Source: Sedimentisphaerales bacterium
Lineage (GTDB): Bacteria; Planctomycetota; Phycisphaerae; Sedimentisphaerales; SM23-30
Assembly (NCBI GenBank): GCA_963666285.1
Contig: OY762711.1
DNA: 64,000 nucleotides
Reading direction: 5' to 3' (one strand)
Shown here: piece after piece, positions 30,803-41,846 of the stretch
Position numbering within the stretch: position 1 is the stretch's first letter
Layout: each line of letters starts with the position of its first letter
Program-made: the position numbers and the translations under genes
The notes under the pieces: model-generated
Told to the model about the DNA's origin: nothing
Seen by the model: the letters and a program-made list of their open reading frames with translations, nothing else
Database searches by the model: none

Positions 30803-30968
30803 AGTTTGAACTTGAGCTTGGTATTTGCTTGTTTCCAGGGGGTATTATATTATAATGTGATAAATGAAGCTGGTGATACTTACCGGCTTCATTTTATTTT
30901 TGGTTTTCTCAATCGCTTATAGAATTGTGAGCTGGACACCAGACAATATTTACCCACAGGAGATAAAA

Positions 30969-31430
30969 ATGGAGCGTACTTTAATCATCATCAAACCGGA
31001 TGCTGTTCAAAGAAGCCTGATCGGTTCAATAATAACAAGATTTGAAAACAAAGGTATGCAGGTAATCGCCTGCAAACTAATGCAAATAACTGACGAACTG
31101 GCAGCCGAACATTACGCCGAACATGTCAACAAACCGTTTTACCCAAGAATCAGGGATTATATGACAAGCGGTCCTTCAATTGTTTTGGCACTGCAGGGAC
31201 CAAAAGCCGTAAATATTGTCAGAACTGTCATGGGATCTACTTTTGGCCAGGATGCCCAGCCTGGCACTATACGCGGCGACTATTCTAATGGCGGCTTTAA
31301 CCTGGTACATGGTTCAGACAGTCCTGAATCAGCAAAAAGAGAAATCGCACTCTTCTTTAAACCAGAAGAAATCATAGACTATAAGATGACAAATGAACTT
31401 TACCTCTACGGCAATGACCCGACAGTTTGA
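30969..31430 (+). CDS. ndk: Nucleoside diphosphate kinase
   Basis: MERTLIIIKPDAV, HYAEH, PGTIRGD, NLVHGSDS; start moved to ATG 30969 after AGGAG. Confidence 0.97.
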   Translation: MERTLIIIKPDAVQRSLIGSIITRFENKGMQVIACKLMQITDELAAEHYAEHVNKPFYPRIRDYMTSGPSIVLALQGPKAVNIVRTVMGSTFGQDAQPGTIRGDYSNGGFNLVHGSDSPESAKREIALFFKPEEIIDYKMTNELYLYGNDPTV

Positions 31431-32569
31431 TTGCTTTGACTATTGTCCGGCTTACAATTTTCCGAGTCTGGATAGCGACTGACAATTTCTGCCATTCCTG
31501 CCATAAATGTCTTATACGCAGCCTCGCTGTCGCTGTCGTTTTTGCCGATTAAAGTACCCGGAGTATTGGATATTGCCATCTTTACAAGCTGACCATTGGC
31601 TTGAGACGAGTATTCTTTAAACTGCCTGGAAATATCTCCCACTTGCTTTTCCAACATATTGTTATACAACACCGGGGTGTCATTTTTATATGAAAAATGA
31701 TCAAAATCTATCGTTCGCCACTGAACAGGATATACGTTCCTAATTCTATAGTATACCTTACGATCGGTTATGCTATAAATTATCTGCCATACTGTCCTGT
31801 TGCAATGTGCCGCCTCAAGGCAATCAATACCAAACATCAAATTTTCTTTAACATCTTCAAAAGGAGAAAAGTCCTTAATCTTTTGAGCAAGGCTAAAAAA
31901 TCTCTTATTATAACTGGCCTTAGGCATACTTCTACTACCTCCAAAACCGTCACAGGTACGCAATTCCTTTATTGACCTTTCATAAGGTACATTTTCCAGA
32001 ACCTGAGCATCGTTTTCGGTAATGCAAAATTTTTCTCCACTGCCATAAAACTCTACGGCAGCAGAACGACCTGACAAATCACATATGAAAAAATGAACAT
32101 TTGTCCTAAACTGAGAAGATATACGTACATCTTTAAGACTGTTTTTGACCTCATCCAAATTCGAACTGCAATCGAGCTGGTACTGGATCCAGGGCAATAC
32201 ATCAATTGCAGGCCTTGAGTCTGCAACGGGTGATTTTGCTTCCGACAGCCATAAAATCTCAATTACCAGCCCTTTCTCATTCATACCTCCAAGAGGATAT
32301 TCCCTGCCATATTGATTAAAAGTTATACTGCCATACTTTGAAACCCACGCTAAAGCCTTTTCATTGGTTACAGGAAGCAATGCTTTTTTGGCCATACCAG
32401 ACTTATTCACGACAACATGCCCGACATTAATCATCCAGTCGAAATTTTTGCATACATAAATATTGTCGTTAGCCTTATAACTAAATGCCGAACACGCAAA
32501 TAATTCATTACAACCAAAAGTCAAAACAGCTACAAAAAAGACTGCAATCAATTTAACTCTAAAATTCAC
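31406..32569 (-). CDS. Linear amide C-N hydrolase (choloylglycine hydrolase/penicillin V acylase family, Ntn hydrolase)
   Basis: Signal peptide then nucleophile CSAF; NFDW, WVSKYGSITFNQYG, GMNEKGL. Confidence 0.85.
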   Translation of the reverse strand: MNFRVKLIAVFFVAVLTFGCNELFACSAFSYKANDNIYVCKNFDWMINVGHVVVNKSGMAKKALLPVTNEKALAWVSKYGSITFNQYGREYPLGGMNEKGLVIEILWLSEAKSPVADSRPAIDVLPWIQYQLDCSSNLDEVKNSLKDVRISSQFRTNVHFFICDLSGRSAAVEFYGSGEKFCITENDAQVLENVPYERSIKELRTCDGFGGSRSMPKASYNKRFFSLAQKIKDFSPFEDVKENLMFGIDCLEAAHCNRTVWQIIYSITDRKVYYRIRNVYPVQWRTIDFDHFSYKNDTPVLYNNMLEKQVGDISRQFKEYSSQANGQLVKMAISNTPGTLIGKNDSDSEAAYKTFMAGMAEIVSRYPDSENCKPDNSQSNQTVGSLP

Positions 32570-32746
32570 TTCGTATCCTTTCTAAAAGCACATAAATCTT
32601 CCTGAGAAAATTATTAGAACTGTCATTATTGTAAGCCGTTAAACAATTATATCCAAAATAAAAACATTTATGCCTGTAAAGTTTAGCTTGAAAATTCTAA
32701 CTATCCTACTATAATCACAGGAGTTATAATCTGGAAAATTGAAAAT

Positions 32747-34759
32747 ATGAATATCGAAAAGCAAATAGAACAATTACGCAGAGAAATTCGCAAACATGAC
32801 CGGCTCTATTATGTAGATGCCGCTCCGGTTATTTCTGACCAGCAATACGACAAACTGTTCGCCGAGCTTAAACAGCTGGAAAGAGATAATCCTGATCTTG
32901 TCACCCCTGACAGCCCTACCCAACGAGTCGGAGGTGAACCGCTTAAAGGCTTCGATACTATCACACATGCAGTTCCCATGCTGAGTATGGATAATACCTA
33001 CTCTCCTGACGAACTGCGGGATTTTGACAACAGGGTCAGAAAAGGTCTCAATGGAGAGATGCCGGAATATGTCGTCGAAACCAAAATCGACGGAGTCGCC
33101 GTATCTTTGCGATATGAAAACTCACAACTCATACAAGGAGCGACCCGCGGTGATGGCCGGCATGGCGACAATATTACCGTTAATATTAAAACGGTCGGAG
33201 GTGTACCGCTTAAACTCGAAACCGATAATGAATCTATCTCTGTGCCGGACATACTTGAAACTCGCGGCGAAGTCTTCATGTCTTTCAGCCAGTTCGAAAA
33301 CCTCAACGCTCAAAGAGAAGCCAACGGCGATAATCTTTTTGCTAATCCCAGAAACTCTACTGCAGGCACACTAAAATTGCTCGACAGCAAAGAAGTTGCC
33401 AAAAGAAAACTCAGTATTCTATTGTACGCTTTAGGACAGGTTGTCCCGGAAAACTTTTCCAGCTCTCATGGTGAATCTCTGGAAAAACTAAAAGTACTCG
33501 GTCTGCCTGTTTCGCTAAACTGGCAAATTGCCAAAGATATTGAACAGGTAATAGAAATCTGTAATCAGTGGGAATCAAAGAAAAATGAACTTGATTACCC
33601 TATAGACGGCATGGTTATCAAAGTTAACAGCTATAACCATCAAAAGAAACTGGGCACTACCAGCCGCATCCCTAAATGGTGTATCGCTTATAAATTCGCT
33701 GCCGAACAGGCCGAAACTACTATTGAAAGTATCGATGTTCAGGTCGGAAAATCCGGTGCTCTCACCCCTGTTGCCAATCTCAAACCTGTTCAGCTGGCCG
33801 GTACAGTTGTCAAAAGAGCTAGTCTTCATAACTTCGAAGAACTTGCCAGAAAAGATGCACGTATCGGCGACACGGTTATTATCGAAAAAGCCGGAGAGAT
33901 CATACCGCAGGTTGTAAAGGTTATTACCGATAAAAGACCCGACAAAACTAAACCTTTCGAGCTCCCGGAAATATGCCCAGAATGCGGCGGTAAAGTATTA
34001 AAAGATGAAAATACCGTATATCTCAGATGCCAGAATCCTGAATGCCCGGCACAGCTCATCGAAAAGATACGACATTTTGCCGGTCGCGACCAGATGGATA
34101 TCGACGGACTGGGCATATCAATTATCGAACAGCTTGTCAAAAAAGATATGGTTCGATCTTTCGCCGAGTTATACCAGTTGAACCTGCTGGAAATAGCAAA
34201 CCTCGACAGAATGGGGACAAAATCTGCCGAAAACCTGCTCGACGGACTGGAAGTCAGTAAAACCCGGACTCTTGACAGGTTCATTGCCGCCCTCGGCATA
34301 ATGCATGTCGGCAAAAAAGCCGCTTATGTACTGGCCGACCATTTCAATAGTCTGGAAAAACTGCGCAGTACAGACATAGAGGAGCTGGAATCTATCGATG
34401 AAATTGGACCCGTTATGGCACAAAGCATATACAACTATTTCAATTCACCGGAAACTAGCAAAATTATTGACGACCTGCTTGCTGAAGGCATAAACCCCAA
34501 ATGGACTGCCCAAACAACCAAAAACAAGGGACCTCTTACAGGCAAAACAGTTGTCGTTACCGGCTCTATAGAAGGATATGGCCGTAAAGATATGGAAGAT
34601 ATTATTAAATCTCTTGGCGGTAAACCATCCGGATCTGTTAGTAAAAAGACTTCTATGCTGGTCTATGGCGAAAAAGCCGGCAGTAAACTCAAAAAAGCTC
34701 AAGAGCTTGATGTCGAAACTATTACATCAGATGATTTCTTCAAAAAATACGCAAAATGA
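32747..34759 (+). CDS. ligA: NAD-dependent DNA ligase
   Basis: ETKIDG adenylation motif, TRGDG, FANPRN, AYKF, zinc finger CPECG..C..C, HhH repeats, C-terminal BRCT. Confidence 0.98.
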   Translation: MNIEKQIEQLRREIRKHDRLYYVDAAPVISDQQYDKLFAELKQLERDNPDLVTPDSPTQRVGGEPLKGFDTITHAVPMLSMDNTYSPDELRDFDNRVRKGLNGEMPEYVVETKIDGVAVSLRYENSQLIQGATRGDGRHGDNITVNIKTVGGVPLKLETDNESISVPDILETRGEVFMSFSQFENLNAQREANGDNLFANPRNSTAGTLKLLDSKEVAKRKLSILLYALGQVVPENFSSSHGESLEKLKVLGLPVSLNWQIAKDIEQVIEICNQWESKKNELDYPIDGMVIKVNSYNHQKKLGTTSRIPKWCIAYKFAAEQAETTIESIDVQVGKSGALTPVANLKPVQLAGTVVKRASLHNFEELARKDARIGDTVIIEKAGEIIPQVVKVITDKRPDKTKPFELPEICPECGGKVLKDENTVYLRCQNPECPAQLIEKIRHFAGRDQMDIDGLGISIIEQLVKKDMVRSFAELYQLNLLEIANLDRMGTKSAENLLDGLEVSKTRTLDRFIAALGIMHVGKKAAYVLADHFNSLEKLRSTDIEELESIDEIGPVMAQSIYNYFNSPETSKIIDDLLAEGINPKWTAQTTKNKGPLTGKTVVVTGSIEGYGRKDMEDIIKSLGGKPSGSVSKKTSMLVYGEKAGSKLKKAQELDVETITSDDFFKKYAK

Positions 34760-34820
34760 TAATTTAATGACTGTTTTCTAGACTTTTGTTCTATAATACG
34801 GCATATTCGGTAGTTATTAT

Positions 34821-35007
34821 GTAAACTTTCGCGGTTTCATGTTGCAAAAAACGCCAAAAATGGGCCTTCCTGCAACACTTATGTTTTAAACAAAGCGTGA
34901 GACGATAGTAGAACACCTTAATTTTTCACTATTCGTTTTTCACTTAATTGGCCCTGTTCCGGCCTTCGTGTATTAATATTGAACGGTCATAAGTGCGAGA
35001 CCGCACA
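34821..35007 (-). repeat. Dispersed repeat family 1, copy B
   Basis: Reverse complement aligns to 9298-9491, including a 43-nt identical block. Confidence 0.9.
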
Positions 35008-35078
35008 TTATGGTTTTGCATAAAAACATTCCTGATATCCAACATTTTAACCACCCTGCATTAAAACTGGAGGAAACA

Positions 35079-37349
35079 ATGAAAAGATTCCTTTGCGTCA
35101 TTATTACTGTACTAATCTCTGCTAATTCTCTATTTGCTGCCGGTAGACAATTCACCGCTGATGATTACCGCAAAGGATATAACTTCCGCAACGAAGTTCA
35201 AAACCTGGTATATAACGACAGAATCCAGTTTAACTGGCTGAAAGATTCGCCGGCTTTCTGGTATACATCAGAAACAAAAGATGAAAAAGAGTTTATCCTA
35301 TTTAACCTTGATACCAACACTAAGACAAAATTGTTTGACACAAACAAATTGGCTCAAGCTCTGGAATCCTGCATAGACAAAAAATTTGACGCGAAAAAAC
35401 TGCCTATCTTTGTATTCAGTTTCCTTGAAGATAAAAACACTATATTATTCAAATATGAAAATAATAACTGGATATACAAGCTGGACAACGACGAGCTTAA
35501 AAAAGAAGAAAATGCTCCTGAAATGCCAAATCGAAGAGGATGGCGCAGCAGGTATTATGGCAACAGGCTCGATAGCCGAAACGAATCTCCCGATGGTAAA
35601 TGGAAAGTTTATGCTGATGAGCATAACGTGTGGCTGGAAAATATTGAAACATCTGAACAAAACCAGCTTACAACCGATGGTACCGAAGAGAGTTTCTATG
35701 ATAACCAGTTCTTTTGGGCTCCCGATTCTGCTAACGCAATTGGTTTTATTAAAACGCCGGCTGAAATGAGAAAAGTTCATTATATCGAATCTTCTCCTGA
35801 AGACCAGCTCCAACCCAAACACTTTACTATCGATTATAATAAACCGGGTGATAAGCTGACTATCGAAAAGCCGGTACTTATTAATGTAACCGATAAAAGC
35901 TGCAAACATATCGATGACTCGCTTTTCCCAAACCCATATTTCATCTCCGACTATCACTGGAGTAAAGACGGCAATTACTTCTATTTCTTCTACAACCAGC
36001 GAGGCCACCAGGTTGGACGTGTAATCGCAATCGATACCAATACCGGCCAGGCTAAAGCTGTTATTAACGAAGAAACTGACTCTTTCTTTGATTATAACCA
36101 TAAAAAATACCTGAAATACCTTGATGATACTAATGAAATCATATGGGCTTCTGAACGAGATGGATGGAACCACCTGTATTTATACGATGCGGTTTCCGGC
36201 AAAGTTAAAAATCAGATCACAAAAGGAGACTGGCTCTGGCGTTCGGTTGAAAAACTCGATATCGAAAACCGTAATATGATGATCACCATCAGCGGCTATT
36301 ATCACGACCAGGACCCGTACTTTATCCATTACGCCAAAATCAATTTTGACGGATCAGGATTAACCCTGCTTACAACAGGAAATGGTACACACAGGCTGAC
36401 TTTTTCACCTGACGACAAGTTTTATATTGATACTTATTCAAGAATTGACTCACCTCCTGTCTACGAGCTAAGAAATAGTAATGACGGCTCATTGATATGT
36501 GAAATCGAACGGGCAGATGCCGGCGAATTAATAGCCGCCGGTTGGCCGGTAACCGAACCGTTCGTAACAAAGGATCGAAATGATAAATACGATATCTGGG
36601 GGATAATACATCGCCCGCGTAACTTCGATCCAAACAAAAAATATCCGGTCATTGAAGACATCTATGCCGGGCCGCACGGCAATCACGTCCCCAAAAGCTG
36701 GAGAGGATATGATTACTGGCATCAGGCTCTTTGCGAACTTGGTTTCATCGTGGTACAAATCGACGGGCTCGGAACCTCAAACCGCTGTAAAGAGTTCCAT
36801 CATTTCGCCTGGAAAAACCTTGCTGATGCCGGGTTCCCAGACCGCATTAAATGGATGAAAGCTGCCGCGGAAAAATACCCGTACATGGATATCGAACGGG
36901 TTGGAATATATGGAACCTCTGCCGGTGGACAAAGTGCCTTGGGAGCCCTGCTGTTTCACCCGGAATTCTATGATGTTGCTGTCGCATCATGCGGCTGCCA
37001 CGATAACCGCATGGATAAAATATGGTGGAATGAACTTTGGATGGGATACCCTATCGACGACCACTACAAGGAACAATCCAATGTCACCAACGCTCATAAG
37101 CTCGAAGGCAGACTTCTTCTTATTGTCGGCGAACTTGACAGAAATGTTGACCCTGCATCAACTATGCAGGTTGTCAATGCCCTTATAAAAGCCAACAAGG
37201 ATTTCGATATGCTCTATTTGCCGGGCATGGACCATTCGGCAGGCGGTAAATTCGGCGAGAGAAAACGACGCGACTTTTTCATTAAGTATCTGCTTGATGA
37301 TATCCCGGTTGACTGGAATACCGTTCCAGACGACATAAAATTACCATAA
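35079..37349 (+). CDS. S9 family dipeptidyl peptidase IV-like protein
   Basis: Signal peptide; DPP IV beta-propeller (SERDGWNHLY); IYAGP, GTSAGG (Ser), DRNVD (Asp), MDHS (His); start ATG 35079 after GGAGG. Confidence 0.92.
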   Translation: MKRFLCVIITVLISANSLFAAGRQFTADDYRKGYNFRNEVQNLVYNDRIQFNWLKDSPAFWYTSETKDEKEFILFNLDTNTKTKLFDTNKLAQALESCIDKKFDAKKLPIFVFSFLEDKNTILFKYENNNWIYKLDNDELKKEENAPEMPNRRGWRSRYYGNRLDSRNESPDGKWKVYADEHNVWLENIETSEQNQLTTDGTEESFYDNQFFWAPDSANAIGFIKTPAEMRKVHYIESSPEDQLQPKHFTIDYNKPGDKLTIEKPVLINVTDKSCKHIDDSLFPNPYFISDYHWSKDGNYFYFFYNQRGHQVGRVIAIDTNTGQAKAVINEETDSFFDYNHKKYLKYLDDTNEIIWASERDGWNHLYLYDAVSGKVKNQITKGDWLWRSVEKLDIENRNMMITISGYYHDQDPYFIHYAKINFDGSGLTLLTTGNGTHRLTFSPDDKFYIDTYSRIDSPPVYELRNSNDGSLICEIERADAGELIAAGWPVTEPFVTKDRNDKYDIWGIIHRPRNFDPNKKYPVIEDIYAGPHGNHVPKSWRGYDYWHQALCELGFIVVQIDGLGTSNRCKEFHHFAWKNLADAGFPDRIKWMKAAAEKYPYMDIERVGIYGTSAGGQSALGALLFHPEFYDVAVASCGCHDNRMDKIWWNELWMGYPIDDHYKEQSNVTNAHKLEGRLLLIVGELDRNVDPASTMQVVNALIKANKDFDMLYLPGMDHSAGGKFGERKRRDFFIKYLLDDIPVDWNTVPDDIKLP

Positions 37350-37427
37350 TTCTACACAATAAAAGGCTTTGGATTATCTCTCCGAAGCCTTTTTACTTTT
37401 CTTTCCCTTCTTATTACGTCCTGAATA

Positions 37428-37804
37428 TAGTTTATTTTCGCAGTTTTTAAAGCTTTGTTTATGTTTTCTGTTCCAATTTATGGCGATGTAAGGACGAGGC
37501 TGACGAAGAAGAAAACACAGTAATATTGATATATTGCCAGTATCTCCGATATAGTCAGCCGAAGCCGCAACAGACATAAAGTGAACTAGAACAATTAAAT
37601 TGCTCTAAATTGCAATAACGAAGTGCCTTTGGTAATTCGCCTGAAAGGTCCTTCCTGCAACATTTAAATTTAAACGAAAAGTGAGACGCGATGTTAAGCA
37701 ATGTAAAATCCGGATTCATCGCAAACACATTATTTTTTCACTTAATTCGTCCTGTTCCGGCCTTTGCGTGTAATGTTAAACAGCCAAAAGTGCAAGACCA
37801 CGCT
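37428..37804 (-). repeat. Dispersed repeat family 1, copy C, interrupted by a family-2 MITE
   Basis: 37609-37804 and 37428-37449 together reconstitute a family-1 copy once 37447-37608 is removed. Confidence 0.8.
37447..37608. mobile_element. MITE-like element, family 2 (TA-flanked, internal long hairpin)
   Basis: Ends TTAAAGC...GCTCTAA; core GGCTGAC...GTAATAT-TG-ATATATTGC...GTCAGCC closely matches 45956-46134. Confidence 0.8.
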
Positions 37805-38246
37805 GATATATATTGACATTTAACAGCCTTTTAACACTAGCTCTTTCTCTGATTTTATTATTGTATTTACGCTCTATACGATACGATCACCAACCCACGC
37901 AAACCCTTACAACAAAGCAAGTTAGGCCAAAATGGCCACACCATCCCAATAAAGACTTATACTATTTTTTTTGGACATTGGTTTGCAAATTTCCGAAACC
38001 ATAGGATAACACCACTCTCATTCAATTCATGTCGTTTTGTTATATCAATAATATATATGTATAATTAAATTTTTTTAATTGATTTTCAGGTTTTATTCAT
38101 TTACCATTGAACGTGGCAGTTATCTTTTTGAGTGATTATTGGTGTTAATAATTACTGTTTTTTGGTTTTCCTTTTGGCATAAACTGGTTATGTATATGTA
38201 TCAAAAGGAATATGAGTGTGCGTATATGCGCAATTAGGAGTGTATA

Positions 38247-39083
38247 ATGAAAAATTGGATTGTATGTTTATTACTGGTTATATTTATTACTATTACCGGC
38301 TGCCAGAATCAATCGCAAAGCAATAATAAATCTGGAAACATCGTTCCTGATACCGACCTGCAAAAGGCAATATCTAAATGCCTTGATTCTACTGGATGCA
38401 ACGCAAAGGAATGGAGCTTTGATGCCGATGCTGTTGCCACAATTTATGAGGATGAGTGCAAAACACTTATTGCTCAGCATCATTTGTTTAATTGCTGCTC
38501 AGGCAAAACTGAGGTCACTATTGACTCGATTAAGGCTTCAGAAAAAGTCAGTGAATCTATCAGTGCAAATGACAAACTTCAGCTTAATGGGATGCTCTGC
38601 CATAATAACTCTATGGCATGCACTGCGGCAAGGTTAAAAATATATATGGTCGCACTTACATCATTGAACACCATTTTGGATAATAAAGAGCTGAATTTGG
38701 AATATGTTACAATGGAAGATAAAGGCGGATCATGCTGTCATATTATTGAAACTAAAGGGAATATTCTCGCTTGCTGCAGAAATCACAATCATTTCAGCAA
38801 AGACTCACCTTATGATACCTTGAGAATATGGATTGACGATGAGACTGGCTATATCAAACGTATATGGATCAGCTATATTAAAGACCCTGAAACCGGGGAA
38901 TACGGCTATATCGCAGCCAACATCAGCAACTACTTACTGCAAAAAAATGGTATGAAACTTCCTACATCCATGGAATTTATACCTAGTGATTGCGAAGCCA
39001 ATGATTCAGGCATTTCAATGCTGAAAATCGACCTGCAAAGATTCAGATTCCCCGGCGATATGCTCTCTTCTTCTGCTGGATAA
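38247..39083 (+). CDS. Cys/His-rich lipoprotein of unknown function
   Basis: Lipobox ITITGC; three CC pairs; LRIWIDDETGYIKRI suggests a LolA-like beta fold (weak). Confidence 0.65.
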   Translation: MKNWIVCLLLVIFITITGCQNQSQSNNKSGNIVPDTDLQKAISKCLDSTGCNAKEWSFDADAVATIYEDECKTLIAQHHLFNCCSGKTEVTIDSIKASEKVSESISANDKLQLNGMLCHNNSMACTAARLKIYMVALTSLNTILDNKELNLEYVTMEDKGGSCCHIIETKGNILACCRNHNHFSKDSPYDTLRIWIDDETGYIKRIWISYIKDPETGEYGYIAANISNYLLQKNGMKLPTSMEFIPSDCEANDSGISMLKIDLQRFRFPGDMLSSSAG

Positions 39084-39151
39084 AAATAACATGGTAAGCC
39101 CAAAAACATTATTTTTTCGGTACTTGCTTATATTTTTAAAACATTTATAAT

Positions 39152-39188
39152 AAAAACGGTTGGAAATGCAATATTTTCAGCCGTTTTT
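39152..39188. terminator. Intrinsic terminator-like hairpin
   Basis: AAAAACGGTTGGAAAT...ATTTTCAGCCGTTTTT inverted repeat followed by T-rich tract. Confidence 0.6.
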
Positions 39189-39283
39189 CGTTTTTCTTTT
39201 TTAATGCTAGTTTGCGCATAGTTAACTGGACTTACCAAATTTGCCCACTAAATTTGAACCCGCATTATACCCTGAGGTACCTT

Positions 39284-41059
39284 ATGAGTCGTAAATCTAT
39301 CGTATTATTTATAATCATTTTAGCTATAGCCGCAGTCCTATACGCTTCACTCGGTTCAAAGAAAACTGACAAGACCGAACAGCCCGTTTTTACTGCCAAA
39401 AAAGGGGATCTCCAAATCAGTGTATCGGAAACCGGCACTATTAAACCGCGATCAAGGGTTGTTGTCAGAAATGAACTTGAGTCTTCTGCTACTATCACCT
39501 TCCTCGTTGATGAAGGAGCTGTTGTCAAAAAAGGTGACCTGCTGGTTACTTTCGATCCCACCGAACTGGACGACGAACTGATCAACCAGGAAATCAACTT
39601 GCAAAATGCTGAAGCGTCATATATCAGCGCCGAGGAAAAACTCGCTGTTGCCAAAAACCAGGCCGATAGCGATAAAGAACAAGCGCAGCTGACTCTTGAA
39701 TTTGCTAATATGGACCTGGAAAAATACATTGCAAAAGAATACCCAAACCAGCTGTCAGAAGCAAATCAAAGTATCTTTCTTGCTGAAGAAGAGTTAAAAC
39801 GTGCCAACAAAACCCTGGAATCTTCTAAGGAATTACTAAAAGAAGAATATATTTCCCAGACTGAATTTGATGCTGATCAGCTCGCCCAGAAACAAAAAGA
39901 AAGCAGAGTACAAATTGCCAAAAATGACCTTGAGCTGCTTGAAAAATACACAAATATTAGAAAAAAAGCTGAACTTGAAAGCGATGTCCGACAGGCTAAA
40001 ATGGCACTTGATCGTACTAATAGAAAGGCGAGAGCTGACATCACCCAGGCTCAAGCTGACTTAAAGGCAAAAGAAGCCCAATACAAACGACAGCAAGATC
40101 GTTACGACAGACTTAAGGAACAGCTGAGTAAAACCAAGCTCTACGCTCCTGAAGACGGCATGGTAATCTACCAGACCAGCATGGATGACCGCCGCTGGAG
40201 AGATAATAGCGAACCGCTGGAAGTTGGTCAGGAAATTCGAGGAAGAGAAGAAATCATCTACCTGCCAACTGCTGAAACTACTAAAGCTGATATAGAAGTT
40301 CACGAAACCGCTATGAAAAAAATCAGTATAAATCAGCCGGCTATTATTAAAGTTGACGCACTTCCGGACGTTGTCTTCTCTGGATATATCGCAAAAATAT
40401 CTCCTCTTCCTAACCGAGACTGGCTAAACCCGGACTCTAACAAATATCCTTGCGAAATATATATTGATGAGAATAAATATGACCTGAAAAACGGCATGAA
40501 CTGCAGATGTGAAATCCTGATCGAAGAACTTAACGATGTTATTTATGTACCTCTTCAGGCTGTAGTACAAATCGGTAGAGAACACTTCGTCGAGGTTAAG
40601 GAAGGTAAGGATTTCGTCAGAAGAAAAGTTGAAATTGGACTGGATGACAATAAATGGATACATATCGTATCGGGACTGGAAGAAAATGAAATTGTATCTT
40701 TGACCCCGCAATTGTCAAATACTGAAGTTATCCCTGACTCCGGCGAAAAAACCAACATTGAAGGTAAAGATGCAAACAAGCAAAAAAGACCTGCCGGAGG
40801 ACCGGAAAAACAAGGCATGCGCCAGGGACAACACCAGGGGCAGGGACCTCGTATGGGGCAAAACTCAGGACAGGGACAGGGGCCAAATCCGCAATTCATG
40901 CAATTGATGAATAAATTTACTGATGAGGAAAAGAAAAAACTTCGAAACGCTTCTTCTCCTGAAGAAGGAAAAAAGATCTTCGAAGAACTTATGAAAAAAT
41001 ACGGCGCCTCAGCTCAGCCGAAACCTGGCTCTCAAAACACCCAAAAGCAGGAAAACTAA
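39284..41059 (+). CDS. MacA/HlyD-like periplasmic adaptor with long coiled coil and Gly/Gln-rich tail
   Basis: N-terminal anchor; lipoyl-like halves VDEGAVVKKGDLL and LYAPEDGMV; VPLQAV, VEIGLDD..IVSGLEENE. Confidence 0.85.
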   Translation: MSRKSIVLFIIILAIAAVLYASLGSKKTDKTEQPVFTAKKGDLQISVSETGTIKPRSRVVVRNELESSATITFLVDEGAVVKKGDLLVTFDPTELDDELINQEINLQNAEASYISAEEKLAVAKNQADSDKEQAQLTLEFANMDLEKYIAKEYPNQLSEANQSIFLAEEELKRANKTLESSKELLKEEYISQTEFDADQLAQKQKESRVQIAKNDLELLEKYTNIRKKAELESDVRQAKMALDRTNRKARADITQAQADLKAKEAQYKRQQDRYDRLKEQLSKTKLYAPEDGMVIYQTSMDDRRWRDNSEPLEVGQEIRGREEIIYLPTAETTKADIEVHETAMKKISINQPAIIKVDALPDVVFSGYIAKISPLPNRDWLNPDSNKYPCEIYIDENKYDLKNGMNCRCEILIEELNDVIYVPLQAVVQIGREHFVEVKEGKDFVRRKVEIGLDDNKWIHIVSGLEENEIVSLTPQLSNTEVIPDSGEKTNIEGKDANKQKRPAGGPEKQGMRQGQHQGQGPRMGQNSGQGQGPNPQFMQLMNKFTDEEKKKLRNASSPEEGKKIFEELMKKYGASAQPKPGSQNTQKQEN

Positions 41060-41754
41060 TGACCGAAGATAATAAAAAAGAAATTGTCAGACTGGAGAAT
41101 GTTCGCAAAGAATATGTCATGGGTACTTCGGTTGTTCATGCCCTGGACGGTGTCTCACTTAAATTCTGCGAAGGTGAATTCTGGGCTGTTATGGGCGCCA
41201 GCGGATCCGGGAAAAGTACCATCCTGAATATCCTTGGATGCCTTGATAAAGTCACCAGCGGAGATTATTTCCTCGACGATATCAATGTCGCAAACATGGA
41301 AGATAACCAGCTCAGTAATATCAGGCTTAAACGGCTTGGGTTCATTTTCCAGAGTTTTAACCTTATCCCACAGCTCACGGTTCAGAAAAACATCGAATTG
41401 CCGCTCTATTACCTTGGATGGGAAGACGACGAAAGTGCCGAGAGAGCCAGGGTGCTGGCAGAAAAAGTAGGACTCTCAGAAAGACTCGGTCACAGACCAA
41501 ACGAACTTTCAGGTGGCCAGCGGCAGCGTGTTGCCATCGCCCGGTCATTGGCTAACGACCCGCAGATTATTCTGGCTGATGAACCAACCGGTAATCTGGA
41601 TACATCAACCGGTCACCAGATCATGGACATGCTCTGCGAACTTCACGACGAAGGTAAAACTATCATAATGGTTACCCACGAGCCGGAAATAGCTGGATAC
41701 ACCTCTCATCAGCTGCACATGAGAGATGGAAAGATACATGAAATTTGCAACTAA
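41059..41754 (+). CDS. ABC transporter ATP-binding protein (MacB/LolD type)
   Basis: [46 protein letters not shown] coupling to adaptor gene. Confidence 0.95.
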   Translation: MTEDNKKEIVRLENVRKEYVMGTSVVHALDGVSLKFCEGEFWAVMGASGSGKSTILNILGCLDKVTSGDYFLDDINVANMEDNQLSNIRLKRLGFIFQSFNLIPQLTVQKNIELPLYYLGWEDDESAERARVLAEKVGLSERLGHRPNELSGGQRQRVAIARSLANDPQIILADEPTGNLDTSTGHQIMDMLCELHDEGKTIIMVTHEPEIAGYTSHQLHMRDGKIHEICN

Positions 41755-41846
41755 TCCTAAACCCGCTCCTAAATAGGACGGCCCTGAATATTTAACTTAA
41801 TGCTGGCTCAATGGTATAATACCGGCCCAAAGTGCAAAATAATAAT

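Noticed and set aside
31406..31430. 25-bp convergent overlap of ndk and the amide hydrolase gene
   Set aside because: Short 3' overlaps are common and nothing else suggests regulation.
37374..37577. 67-aa minus-strand ORF and similar short ORFs over repeats (34973-35155, 49005-49196)
   Set aside because: They lie largely within MITE/repeat sequence and have no coding support.
40790..40900. Gly/Gln-rich quasi-repeat (GQHQGQG, GQGQG)
   Set aside because: A low-complexity tail typical of MacA-like adaptors, not a separate element.
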